Below are positions 8,154 to 16,706 of a stretch of 64,000 nucleotides of DNA, one piece after another. How positions within the stretch are numbered: position 1 is the first letter of the stretch; every line of letters starts with the position of its first letter. Below the pieces are notes generated by a model. It was given only the letters and a program-made list of their open reading frames with translations. It did no database searches and was not told the DNA's origin. The position numbers and the translations under genes were made by a program. Source of the stretch: a virus; IMG/VR virus record IMGVR_UViG_3300044733_003647, positions 32,001-96,000 of that record; one strand, 5' to 3'.

Positions 8154-9143
8154 ATGGCAACAGCAAATACAGCCACTCAAACTGTTTACAACGAAATTAC
8201 ACAGCAAGTTTTTGACCCTTCGGCTGGTCCTGCTGCCGACCTGTATAAATCAAAGTATACAGTTTCTTCAAATTATTCATTATCTTATCCCAAAGATTTG
8301 GAAAGTTCAAGAAAAGGGCATGCTGTTTATTTTGATATATATGAAATTAATCCTGTTTCTTTGGCAGAAACACTAAAGCCTTTTGGTATAAATTTGAATG
8401 CACCAGCAACCACAACTGTTAATGATGAAAGTGGTGGGCATAGTGTTACCAATCCCAATGAAGTTACTTCTCAAGGTTTGATAGCTGGTACTAAAAGTTT
8501 TTTTCAAAGTGTGATTAGCCCAACCGCGGTTAACATTTCTCCCAGAACTAAAGATAATGCAGTTGCAACCATTGCATTGTATATGCCGGAAACAATGAAT
8601 TTTACTTATGATGCGACATATAATAGTTTAAGTTTGTCTTCGGCTATAAATTCTACACCCATAACCAGTCTTGGTGGATTGACAAATGCTATAACATCGA
8701 TAGCGGAAAATTCAGCCGTTAAACTAGCAATGAGTGCTGCAGGATATGTTTTCAATCCACAACAACAAGTGTTGTTTGAGGGCATAGATTTTAGACCATA
8801 TGACATGACATTTACTTTTACACCAAGTTCACCTGAAGAAACCAGAAGTGTGAATGCTATCATAAAAACACTTCGTTATCATGCTGCACCACAAATAGGT
8901 GGCGTAGGAGGATTCTTCTTCATACCACCATCAGTTTTTAATGTTTCTTTCCGTTATAATGGAAAAGTAAATCCAAATATAAATCTTTTAAAAAGAAGTG
9001 TTTTGAAAAACGTAAACGTAAATTATGCACCAAACGGATGGGCAGCTTTCGAGGGCAACGGCGCACCAGTTCAAACAGTTGTGTCACTTCAATTTCAAGA
9101 AATCGTTCTTGTCGATAAGACTCAGATCAACCAAGGATTTTAA
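8154..9143 (+). CDS. gp48: Baseplate tail tube cap gp48
   Basis: LSYPKDL, IALYMP, VFNP.QQVLFEG.DFR...F.F.P.S.EE, VNYAPNG and LQFQE. Confidence 0.85.
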   Translation: MATANTATQTVYNEITQQVFDPSAGPAADLYKSKYTVSSNYSLSYPKDLESSRKGHAVYFDIYEINPVSLAETLKPFGINLNAPATTTVNDESGGHSVTNPNEVTSQGLIAGTKSFFQSVISPTAVNISPRTKDNAVATIALYMPETMNFTYDATYNSLSLSSAINSTPITSLGGLTNAITSIAENSAVKLAMSAAGYVFNPQQQVLFEGIDFRPYDMTFTFTPSSPEETRSVNAIIKTLRYHAAPQIGGVGGFFFIPPSVFNVSFRYNGKVNPNINLLKRSVLKNVNVNYAPNGWAAFEGNGAPVQTVVSLQFQEIVLVDKTQINQGF

Positions 9144-9742
9144 TGAGTTACTTTACAAAATATCCAAAAGTAGTCACAACTCAGAAAGATGGCACAAGAA
9201 GTGTCATGGTGAATTTGCTGGCTAGAAGTAGCATTATACAAACTCTATTGGATAATCCACTTCTATTCTATAGTTATGATGTACAAGATGGTGAAACACC
9301 AGAAATGATTGCACATAGATATTATAATGATTCCTATTTTTACTGGTTAATTCTTTATGCAAATCAAATAAGTGATCCACAATGGGGTTGGCCACTAGAT
9401 CGTGCTTCTTTCGAAAGATACATTGTTGACAAATACACAACACAAAATCCATATTCAACAGTACACCATTACGAAAAAATTATTTCACAATATGAATCAT
9501 CAACAAGAACCACGACAGAAAAAAAGGTAACGATTGATGAAGATACTTATAATGGTTTGATACCATCGAAAACCGTTTATCAATTTCCAACAAGTACAAC
9601 CACGATAACAATTTCGAAAGCAGCGATAACAATGTATCAATATGAGTTGGATTTCAATGAATCGAAAAGAAACATAAAAGTCATAAAGAAAGAATTTGCA
9701 CAAACTATTAATTCGCAATTTGAAACACTAATGTCTGAATAA
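9143..9742 (+). CDS. gp53: Baseplate wedge protein gp53
   Basis: YF..YP, LysM-like DGETPEMIAHRYY, WLILYANQI.DPQWGWP, VHHYE and NESKRNIK. Confidence 0.88.
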   Translation: MSYFTKYPKVVTTQKDGTRSVMVNLLARSSIIQTLLDNPLLFYSYDVQDGETPEMIAHRYYNDSYFYWLILYANQISDPQWGWPLDRASFERYIVDKYTTQNPYSTVHHYEKIISQYESSTRTTTEKKVTIDEDTYNGLIPSKTVYQFPTSTTTITISKAAITMYQYELDFNESKRNIKVIKKEFAQTINSQFETLMSE

Positions 9743-9743
9743 A

Positions 9744-11087
9744 ATGATTGATACTCCAAAAAACGTAGCTTACTATCCTCAAAGTGCGAGTGTAGATGAA
9801 TTAAGGATCTTTGCATCAACTGGTGAGTTTGATGTAACTAAGCTTTTTACAGAACTGTGTTTTTTCGAGGACATGTACAGCTTTGTTGTTTCTGGTTATG
9901 TTATCATACGTGATGGTGTTGGTTTGGTGGAAAAGTTTCAGTTGTCTGGTAAAGAAGAGATTCAAATCAGTTTTGGTCAAGTAAAAGGTGGGTCAGAAAA
10001 TATTGGTAAGTTGCCTGGAAATTTAAAAAAATATAGAATTTATTCTATACCAGATAGAAAACCGGTTGGAAATCAATCAAGTGAATATCTAAAAATATAT
10101 TTTTGTTCAAAAGAATTATTCGATTCTGAACAAACAAAAGTGGTGAAATCTTACAAAGGTAAGGCAATACATCAAATTATAACCGATATTCTTTTAACAC
10201 AATTGAAAGTTGATCCCAAAAGATTAGACTTACAAAATTTTGAAAAAACAGTTGGTGTTTATGATTTTATAATTCCAACACTTCGACCATTTGAGGCAAT
10301 AAGTTGGATGTGTACATATGCGAAACCACTAAAGAATGGTGGGCAAACTGCCGATATGTTGTTCTTTGAAACAAAAGATGGTTTTCAGTTTAGATCAATT
10401 TCTAGTATTTACAAAGATCAACCATACAAGACATACACATATAATATTAAAAACATTGAAAGTCAAACTTTTGAACAAAAGGCAACCTCTGTATTGGATT
10501 ACCAATTTGTCAAAGATTTTGATAGTTTGAATGAGATTAATTCTGGCACATTTGTAAACAGAGTTATGTTTTTTGATCCTTTAAATAGATCAATTAATTT
10601 TACAGATTTTGATTATACAAAATATACTGGTACAAGACTGAATAAAGGTTCACCAACAGATGTATCAGAATACACTGATTCAAGAGATACCAATTATTCG
10701 TCAGTCTTAAAATTGGTTGTGTCGAATTCAAATCAAAAATTGAAACCAACATTTCAAAACTTAGATGCTTTCCAAAAGAATTTGTCACCAGATGTTTTTA
10801 TTCAGGAAACTGTGAGAAACAGAACCGCACAACTGGCCTTAGCAAACTATACAATCCTAAAGATTAGAGTACCAGGCGACACAGGTTTAACAGCAGGTTC
10901 AGTTATCAATTTTAATCTGCCAGCTTTAGACTATAAAAGTGGTAGAAAAGAATTTGATAAATTTTATTCTGGTAAATATTTGGTGACAGCTGTGAGACAC
11001 ATAGTTCAATCACAAGGTGTGTTTCAAACTATTTTAGAAATAACTAGAGATAGTTCACCGGGAACATACGTTGATATACGTAGTTGA
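9744..11087 (+). CDS. Putative baseplate hub protein (gp27/gpD-like)
   Basis: 447 aa between gp53 and gp5. P..AI.W, FFET..GF.F.SI, VPGD..L.AG and FYSGKYLV.AVRH match contractile-tail hub proteins. Confidence 0.65.
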   Translation: MIDTPKNVAYYPQSASVDELRIFASTGEFDVTKLFTELCFFEDMYSFVVSGYVIIRDGVGLVEKFQLSGKEEIQISFGQVKGGSENIGKLPGNLKKYRIYSIPDRKPVGNQSSEYLKIYFCSKELFDSEQTKVVKSYKGKAIHQIITDILLTQLKVDPKRLDLQNFEKTVGVYDFIIPTLRPFEAISWMCTYAKPLKNGGQTADMLFFETKDGFQFRSISSIYKDQPYKTYTYNIKNIESQTFEQKATSVLDYQFVKDFDSLNEINSGTFVNRVMFFDPLNRSINFTDFDYTKYTGTRLNKGSPTDVSEYTDSRDTNYSSVLKLVVSNSNQKLKPTFQNLDAFQKNLSPDVFIQETVRNRTAQLALANYTILKIRVPGDTGLTAGSVINFNLPALDYKSGRKEFDKFYSGKYLVTAVRHIVQSQGVFQTILEITRDSSPGTYVDIRS

Positions 11088-11102
11088 TGGAGCAAAATTG
11101 AA

Positions 11103-11450
11103 ATGACAAATTTTTTAGGTAAAGATGGATTAATTTGGTGGGTTGGAACTGTTGAAAATAGAATGGATCCTCTTGGTTTGGGCCGTTGTCAAGTTCGAAT
11201 TTTTGGTTGGCACTATGATGGCAGTAAAGATTCACAACAAAAAATACCAGTAACTGATTTACCATGGGCTTTACCAATATTACCATGCAATAATCCAAAG
11301 TCCTTTTCTTCGCCAGAATTAAATGATTGGGTGGTTGGTTTCTTCTTTGATGGTCTGGCCGGCCAGTTTCCTGTGATGTTTGGTGTTATCCCTGGTTTTG
11401 TACCCACAGCAGAAGATAAAAATATTGGCGGAAACGATTATTTCATTTGA
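11103..11450 (+). CDS. gp5: gp5 N-terminal OB-fold module (stand-alone)
   Basis: WWVGTVENRMDPLGLGRCQVRIFGWH...LPWA, WVVGFFFDG..GQFPVMFG; ends at TGA after 115 aa. Confidence 0.85.
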   Translation: MTNFLGKDGLIWWVGTVENRMDPLGLGRCQVRIFGWHYDGSKDSQQKIPVTDLPWALPILPCNNPKSFSSPELNDWVVGFFFDGLAGQFPVMFGVIPGFVPTAEDKNIGGNDYFI

Positions 11451-11457
11451 GGTATAA

Positions 11458-12366
11458 ATGGCAACAGAAAAAAAACCAACAACAGTCAATATAGGCGGTT
11501 TTGACTTAATAAACTTCAAAATCACGGAAACATTTCCACCCAACTCAACGTTTTCCCGTATGTTTGCGAAACCTGGTGTGCAAACGACACCGGCTTTGGC
11601 TAGAGGTTATGTTCCGGGATCAGCAATTGATCTTATGAATAAGAACTTGACACACGTATGTGATTTCAGATTCATTTTTAATATTGATATTTTTGCGTCT
11701 TTGGGTTTGGTCAATCCAATTGCTGCAATACAACGTGCAATTCGTAATGCCAAATTGAAAGCAGCAATCCGCATGAGAGATTTGTTACAGAAAGCGATTG
11801 AAGTTGTCAAAAAAATAATGAAGGCGATAACAACGGCACTAAATTTCGATCCTTCTGGACAAATCTCTTTGGTCGTTGATTTTGCAAAAGATGCGATCAG
11901 AAGAGTAAATCAAGCTATCGAAGATGTGGCCGATGCGATTGAAAGTGTTTTGCAATGGGTATTTTTTGCACAACAAATTATTGAATTGATAAACTGGATT
12001 AGAAGTCTACCAGAAAAAATTAAAAATTTATTGCTTGCATGTATTGCAAACTTTACTAGTTCTCTGCAACAGGCAGTTCAAAGCTTACAGTCCATTCCTA
12101 GTCAGATTGAAAATGCAACTGTCGGCCAAGCAAGACGAATTGCTGATCAATTTGTTGGTGCAGTAAAGGAAGTTGAAGATGCCACAAGAATTGAATTTAA
12201 TAACGATTCACAAAATTATTCTCCGGAACTTCTGTCTTTAATAAACGATCCATCAGAAAATAGTGCTAATAATTTCATAACATATATAAATCAAAATACA
12301 CCGAATGCGAATGCTGCGTTTGCAAATACAACCGGAGCACTAATGGAACAATCATCTTCACCCTAA
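11458..12366 (+). CDS. Hypothetical helical virion protein between the two gp5 halves
   Basis: 302 aa with its own SD (GAGGT) and long amphipathic helices. Confidence 0.6.
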   Translation: MATEKKPTTVNIGGFDLINFKITETFPPNSTFSRMFAKPGVQTTPALARGYVPGSAIDLMNKNLTHVCDFRFIFNIDIFASLGLVNPIAAIQRAIRNAKLKAAIRMRDLLQKAIEVVKKIMKAITTALNFDPSGQISLVVDFAKDAIRRVNQAIEDVADAIESVLQWVFFAQQIIELINWIRSLPEKIKNLLLACIANFTSSLQQAVQSLQSIPSQIENATVGQARRIADQFVGAVKEVEDATRIEFNNDSQNYSPELLSLINDPSENSANNFITYINQNTPNANAAFANTTGALMEQSSSP

Positions 12367-12372
12367 TAAATT

Positions 12373-13245
12373 ATGACAACAACTGTAAAAAGACCCGACG
12401 GAGTATTGGCATGGACTGAACCCGAATCTGCTGCAAACAGCGATTATCAGCCTGTATATCCGTATAATAATATAACACAGACAAAAGGTGGGCATTCATT
12501 TGAACTGGATGACACACCAACCCGTGAACGAATTCGCCTACAACACAAATCCGGAACATTCACGGAGATACATCCAAACGGCGATGAAGTACACAAAATT
12601 ATCGGTGATGGTTATCATATTGTTTTGGGCGATCACAATATCTCTATTGGTGTGGATGATGGTCAATTAGCAAAAAAATTAAACATCACAGTAAATGGTG
12701 ATGCTTATTTCTATGTAAAAGGCAATAAAGTTGAACAAATTGATGGCAGTGTTGAACAGTACATTAAAGGTGATTATACACAGACTGTACAAGGTATACA
12801 CACTGTAACATCTTTTGGTAACATGAAAATTAATGCTGGTTCAAATCCTGGGCTTGTTCCTGGACTACAAAGTAAACTAACAATCAAAACATCTTTGGTT
12901 AATGTGAGTGGTGATCTTCAAGTTGAAGAAGCTTTGTCATCTGGTTATATTTTCTCTAGAGGAAGAATAGATGCTGGTTTGGGTGTTGCTGCAGGACCAT
13001 ATGGTTTCAATTCTCTTCTTGGCGGTATCTCTATTGGTCTACCAACTCCAGCAATACCAGCCACGATCATGTGTTCAGGTCCAATAACTTCATATTCAAG
13101 TATGTCTGCACCACTCGGTACTTATGGAATATCATCATCGATACTAGGTTTCGATGTTATAAACACACTTTTGAGAAAAGTACATACGCATATTGCGAAA
13201 GGTGGTCCAACAAGCCCACCACTTCAACAAGAAACATACATTTAA
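12373..13245 (+). CDS. gp5: gp5 C-terminal beta-helix/spike module with HxH apex
   Basis: YPYNN...GGH.FELDDTP.RERI...HKSGTF.EIHPNG, V.G repeats, and C-terminal KVHTH..GGPTSPP. Confidence 0.85.
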   Translation: MTTTVKRPDGVLAWTEPESAANSDYQPVYPYNNITQTKGGHSFELDDTPTRERIRLQHKSGTFTEIHPNGDEVHKIIGDGYHIVLGDHNISIGVDDGQLAKKLNITVNGDAYFYVKGNKVEQIDGSVEQYIKGDYTQTVQGIHTVTSFGNMKINAGSNPGLVPGLQSKLTIKTSLVNVSGDLQVEEALSSGYIFSRGRIDAGLGVAAGPYGFNSLLGGISIGLPTPAIPATIMCSGPITSYSSMSAPLGTYGISSSILGFDVINTLLRKVHTHIAKGGPTSPPLQQETYI

Positions 13246-13255
13246 GGATTATATT

Positions 13256-14143
13256 ATGGCTGGAGTATACGCACTATTAGAATTTGACACCACAGATCCT
13301 ATTGCCAACGGTGCGGTGGAAGAGTTGAGCCAATCGGTTCAAACGCAAATGAAAATGATGCCAAAGATGTTGCAACCTTGGCAAGAAACTGATTTGATTT
13401 CGGATGAACAAGAACAATATTTTGTTAATCCAATGGCCAACATTACCAATACGATTTGGTCTACAGCAAATTCTTGCGTTGCACAGTCTTTTAATTCACT
13501 TGCAACCGCAGGTTCTGGTGGTGCATCTAGTTATTGGGATGCATCCAATGGAAACATAATCATCACTTTTAGTAATCCTGGCGTTGCAAACGTTATGAAT
13601 GTCGCTTTGATGATGGTGAAAGAACTTTCAACAAATGTGTCAAATAATTTTATGATACATACAAATCGAATATCAAATGTTATTCCATTGGATTTCGATA
13701 TAACTTTACCACATTATGAAACTGCGATAGGTTATGGAAAGATGATAATGTATATTACCAATCAAACGGATAATATACAAAACAACTCACCAATGATTGG
13801 TAGTTTTTCCAGTCTTTTTTTAGCAAATACACTTAGTGGTTATGCAAATTCGTTTGTTTCTATTAATAATGTTTACTTGGGTTCAATTGTAAACAACGTT
13901 TCTTCACTAAGTTTGACGGATGCAAACCAATTTTCGAATGCAGCCAACCTAGTTTCCAGTACAATGGATACTTATAGACAAAAAGACACCAATTTCTTTC
14001 AAAACTCACAAATGATTGTTGATAGATACAATGATGTTAGTCAATTCAATAGGGTCGGTCAAACCGAACTGTTTTTAATTAACAATTACATCGGAACTCA
14101 GAATTTGAAGAATAATCTGGCAAATACCGGTAATACATCCTAA
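13256..14143 (+). CDS. Hypothetical virion protein
   Basis: ATG 13256 with SD AAGGA; Asn/Ser-rich, 295 aa, between gp5 and gp25. Confidence 0.6.
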   Translation: MAGVYALLEFDTTDPIANGAVEELSQSVQTQMKMMPKMLQPWQETDLISDEQEQYFVNPMANITNTIWSTANSCVAQSFNSLATAGSGGASSYWDASNGNIIITFSNPGVANVMNVALMMVKELSTNVSNNFMIHTNRISNVIPLDFDITLPHYETAIGYGKMIMYITNQTDNIQNNSPMIGSFSSLFLANTLSGYANSFVSINNVYLGSIVNNVSSLSLTDANQFSNAANLVSSTMDTYRQKDTNFFQNSQMIVDRYNDVSQFNRVGQTELFLINNYIGTQNLKNNLANTGNTS

Positions 14144-14215
14144 AATTTCGAAATTTTTCGTTCCGGCCCAAGAATTTTCTCCGACGAAACCAAAAGTCCA
14201 AAAAAGCGTTTTACT
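14143..14215. ncRNA. Intergenic structured element, copy A (candidate RNA or DNA hairpin)
   Basis: AATTTCGAAAT-TTTTCGT-TCCGGCCC...CCG-ACGAAA-CCAAAAGTC...TTTTACT; a homologous copy lies at 32666-32738. Confidence 0.4.
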
Positions 14216-14222
14216 CCTAGAC

Positions 14223-14229
14223 ATAAATA
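14223..14229 (+). promoter_or_regulatory. Late promoter core ATAAATA upstream of gp25
   Basis: The same ATAAATA core recurs just before other structural genes (20873, 27730, 29571, 42287, 43437, 53548, 58135). Confidence 0.55.
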
Positions 14230-14233
14230 AAAG

Positions 14234-14629
14234 ATGGCACAAACACTAAACAAACTATATTCGGACATAGATTTCACCTTCACCAGAGTACCGGTGACTG
14301 GTGATGTTGCCGTTAGTTATGATTTTCAAGCTGTCACACGTTCCGTCAGAAATTTGTTACAAACAAATAACTACGATAGACCTTTTAATCCTGATTTGGG
14401 TTCAAGATTGAATGCATTATTGTTCGAACCAATGAATCCTTTGACGGAAAACAGTATACAAAACGAAATTGCTCTGATGCTTGAAGCCTATGAACCTAGA
14501 GTAATTTTGCAAAAGGTGAATGTGGAAGCAGATGATGCTAGGAATGCCTACAATGTGACAATAAGTTTCTTCTTACAAAATGCTACCACACCAACATCAA
14601 TAACAATACTTTTAGAGAGAAACCGATAA
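14234..14629 (+). CDS. gp25: Baseplate wedge subunit gp25
   Basis: YSDID, AV.RSVRNL..TN.YDRPFNP.LGS....LFEP and YEPRV. Confidence 0.93.
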   Translation: MAQTLNKLYSDIDFTFTRVPVTGDVAVSYDFQAVTRSVRNLLQTNNYDRPFNPDLGSRLNALLFEPMNPLTENSIQNEIALMLEAYEPRVILQKVNVEADDARNAYNVTISFFLQNATTPTSITILLERNR

Positions 14630-16705
14630 ATGGCTGGAGCAAATAGCAATATTCAGATAACGGATTTGGATTTTAATGACATTAAAACCAATCTGAAGAA
14701 CTATCTAAAGTCACAAAACGCTTTAAAAGACTACAATTTTGAAGGTTCAGCACTCTCCGTACTATTAGACATACTTTCATACAATACGCAATACAATGCA
14801 TATTATTTGAACATGGTTGCAAATGAGATGTTTTTAGACTCTGCAATTCAGAGAGAATCTGTTGTTTCGTTAGCAAAATTACTGAATTATACACCAAAAT
14901 CCGCAATTGCACCTGAAGCCACTATCAATGTTCTTGTCAATCAGGTTACAGATGCATCACTAACATTACCAAAGAATACACAATTTTTATCTGAAAATAT
15001 CGATGGTGTCAACTACAATTTTGTTACAACAGATGCATCAACCGTTGCCGTTTCTGGTCAACAAGCATTATTTTCAAATGTATCAATAAAACAAGGTATT
15101 GTTGAATCAATATCATATGAAGTCGATTCAACTACAAATCCAACTTATACATTCTCTATTCCAGATGAAAATGTTGACACCACAACACTTTTGGTATCGA
15201 TACAACAATCTATTTCGAATACAACATCTGAAATCTATACAAAAGCATCAGATGTTTTGTTGTTAACAGGTGATTCAACAGTTTATTTCTTGCAAGAGAG
15301 TGTTAATGGATTGTATGAAATTAATTTTGGTGATGGTATACTTGGTAAACAACTTGTGGATGGTAACATTGTCAACCTAAGTTACTTGTCCACAAACGGT
15401 TCGGCTTCTGCTGGCGCAAATAGTTTCATCAATATGGACGCAATTGGAGGATTCTCCAATGTTGTGGTTACAGCTGTGCAAGCAACATCTTATGGGCAAG
15501 ATAAAGAATCCGTAAGTTCGATAAAGTTTCAGGCACCAAAGTCTTTTTCTGCACAGAAACGCGCAGTGACTAAAGAAGATTACATCACCGCAATTCAACA
15601 AAACAACTTGGGTTATTCTTTTGATGCTGTCAACGTTTGGGGTGGGCAAGAAAATGATACGCCAATTTACGGACAAGTTTTCGTTTGTTTGAAACCAGCA
15701 GGTTCTTACAATCTAACACAACTACAGAAACAAAAACTGATACAAGACGTTATCCGACCAATTTCTGTTCTGACAGTTACACCAACAATTGTGGATCCAG
15801 ACTACACATACTTGCAACTGACTGTAAATGTGTTGTATGACCCAAGTAAAACGAACTTGACTTCTTCACAAATTAAAACAAACGTAAAAAATGCGATTTC
15901 TAATTTGGCTGTAAGTCAGTTGAATACTTTCAATTCAACATTCAACATTACAAATTTCAATAATGCAGTCAACAATGTTAGCCCATCAATTATTACAAAT
16001 GAAATAAGTCTACAAGTTCAGAAAAAATTCTTGCCAATTTTGACTGTTCCAACAACATATAATTTGTACTACGGGACACCGCTCAAAAAAGGCATGTTTC
16101 AAAGTGGTATTAGCACATCACCATCTCTACAATTCAGAGATCCAGACAATTTAACAACAATTATTAGTGGTGTGCAGGTTGAAGAGGTGCCATCATCAAC
16201 TGGTGGTGTTGAATCAATTTCAATTATTAATCCAGGTTTTGGTTATCAGAGCGCACCAACAATCGAAATTCTTGGTGACGGAGTTGGTGCAACAGCTGTT
16301 AGTACAATTTCCGCCACAGGTACACTAAAATCAATCAATATAACCAAAAAAGGTTCGGGATACACAAGTGCAATTGTTAAGATCACACCAAAGTCTAATG
16401 ATACCACAGGTCAATTAGGAGCTGCAATTGCAAATCTTGAAGGTCGTTATGGTACATTGAGATCATATTATAACAACAATGAGAATGTAAAAATCATATT
16501 GAATAATTCTGTGGGTACTGTTGATTATAACTTGGGTGTCATTAATCTTGAAAACTTTAATCCCTTTGGTGTACAGAATGACCTTGGTCAACTGACAGTT
16601 TCTGCAAACCCGACAACATCGATTATATCATCGACTTATAACAGGATCATCACAGTAGATCCATTTGATCCAAATTCGATTATTGTCAACGTAACAGCTA
16701 AGTAA
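14630..16705 (+). CDS. gp6: Baseplate wedge subunit gp6
   Basis: DLDF..IK.NLK.YL, DYNFEGS.LS.LLD.L.YNT.Y, EMFLDSA..R.SVVS.AK, FGDGILGK, QKRAVT..DY and WGG. Confidence 0.95.
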   Translation: MAGANSNIQITDLDFNDIKTNLKNYLKSQNALKDYNFEGSALSVLLDILSYNTQYNAYYLNMVANEMFLDSAIQRESVVSLAKLLNYTPKSAIAPEATINVLVNQVTDASLTLPKNTQFLSENIDGVNYNFVTTDASTVAVSGQQALFSNVSIKQGIVESISYEVDSTTNPTYTFSIPDENVDTTTLLVSIQQSISNTTSEIYTKASDVLLLTGDSTVYFLQESVNGLYEINFGDGILGKQLVDGNIVNLSYLSTNGSASAGANSFINMDAIGGFSNVVVTAVQATSYGQDKESVSSIKFQAPKSFSAQKRAVTKEDYITAIQQNNLGYSFDAVNVWGGQENDTPIYGQVFVCLKPAGSYNLTQLQKQKLIQDVIRPISVLTVTPTIVDPDYTYLQLTVNVLYDPSKTNLTSSQIKTNVKNAISNLAVSQLNTFNSTFNITNFNNAVNNVSPSIITNEISLQVQKKFLPILTVPTTYNLYYGTPLKKGMFQSGISTSPSLQFRDPDNLTTIISGVQVEEVPSSTGGVESISIINPGFGYQSAPTIEILGDGVGATAVSTISATGTLKSINITKKGSGYTSAIVKITPKSNDTTGQLGAAIANLEGRYGTLRSYYNNNENVKIILNNSVGTVDYNLGVINLENFNPFGVQNDLGQLTVSANPTTSIISSTYNRIITVDPFDPNSIIVNVTAK

Positions 16706-16706
16706 A

